A DNA stretch of 64,000 nt from Eledone cirrhosa (Eukaryota): the NCBI GenBank assembly GCA_964016885.1, contig OZ024743.1:207762001-207826000 (forward strand), written 5' to 3'. The notes under the pieces are model-generated. The model was not told where the DNA came from. It saw only the letters and a program-made list of their open reading frames with translations, and did no database searches. Below are positions 63,518 through 64,000 of the stretch, in pieces (position 1 is the first letter of the stretch; the number at the start of each line of letters is the position of its first letter). The translations under genes and the position numbers were made by a program.

Positions 63518-64000
63518 GGGCAGTGAATTGGCAGAATTGGTAGAGCTTTGGACAACATGCTTCATGTTCTGAGGCTAGCTTTACCTTTCATCCTTACAGG
63601 GTCAATAAAATAAAGTACCAGTAACATGCACTGGGGCTGATTTAATTGACTAACCCTCCTCCTCCAAAAAAAAAAAAAATTGGTTGGCCTTGGGCCTAGT
63701 TCAAAAACAATTATTATAAAATATAAAAAAATCAGTGGATTGGCAGTAATCGGTAGAGAGTCGGACGGCAACATGCTGTGCGACATGTAGTTACAGCCCT
63801 TTATATTCTGAATAAATCCAGCCAAAATTAGATTTGCCTTTCATCATTTTAGAATCAATAAAATAAAGTACCAGTAACAAACTGGTGTTGATTTAATCGA
63901 TTCCACCCACTTCCCTTCAAATTTCTGGCCTTGTGCTAAATGTAGGAACAATTATTATCAAATACATAAGGACTGTGGATTGGCAGTAATTGGTAGAGCA
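63518..64000 (+). mobile_element. Three head-to-tail family A SINEs (63518, 63733, 63971; the last is cut by the window edge)
   Basis: Three GTG(A/G)ATTGGCAG heads with intervening bodies and ATT tails. Confidence 0.88.

Overview
AT-rich, repeat-dense eukaryotic genomic DNA, not prokaryotic. The SINE/LINE repertoire and abundant (TA)n/(CA)n/(GATA)n tracts suggest a cephalopod, probably Octopus (inference, no database search). Host coding content is sparse. There is one well-supported + strand terminal exon (6361-6791) encoding a receptor-like cytoplasmic tail with PPxY, NPxY and YxxV motifs, plus several small candidate exons of a minus-strand multi-exon gene (best: 62997-63040, 13262-13453, 12429-12648). 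The rest is transposable elements and tandem repeats: a near full-length Tx1/L1-clade LINE and a second truncated copy, both sitting in (GATA)n; RTE LINE copies with a PHD-like Zn finger and (GAT)n tails sitting at (TA)n; a Penelope-like (GIY-YIG) element; decayed CRE- and HERO-type RLE retrotransposon ends; about 25 tRNA-derived SINEs; mariner/Tc1 MITEs; and 48-bp (3.2 kb), 53-bp (1 kb) and 33-bp (13 kb) satellites. Most long ORFs in the track are satellite or microsatellite artefacts. The most interesting unexplained signals are hammerhead-ribozyme motifs in short (TA)n-flanked islands (one with a ~36-bp stem I), recurrent microsatellite-capped foldback hairpins, apparent (GATA)n targeting by the Tx1 element, and a 13-kb intronic satellite whose every unit resembles a branch point plus 3' splice site.
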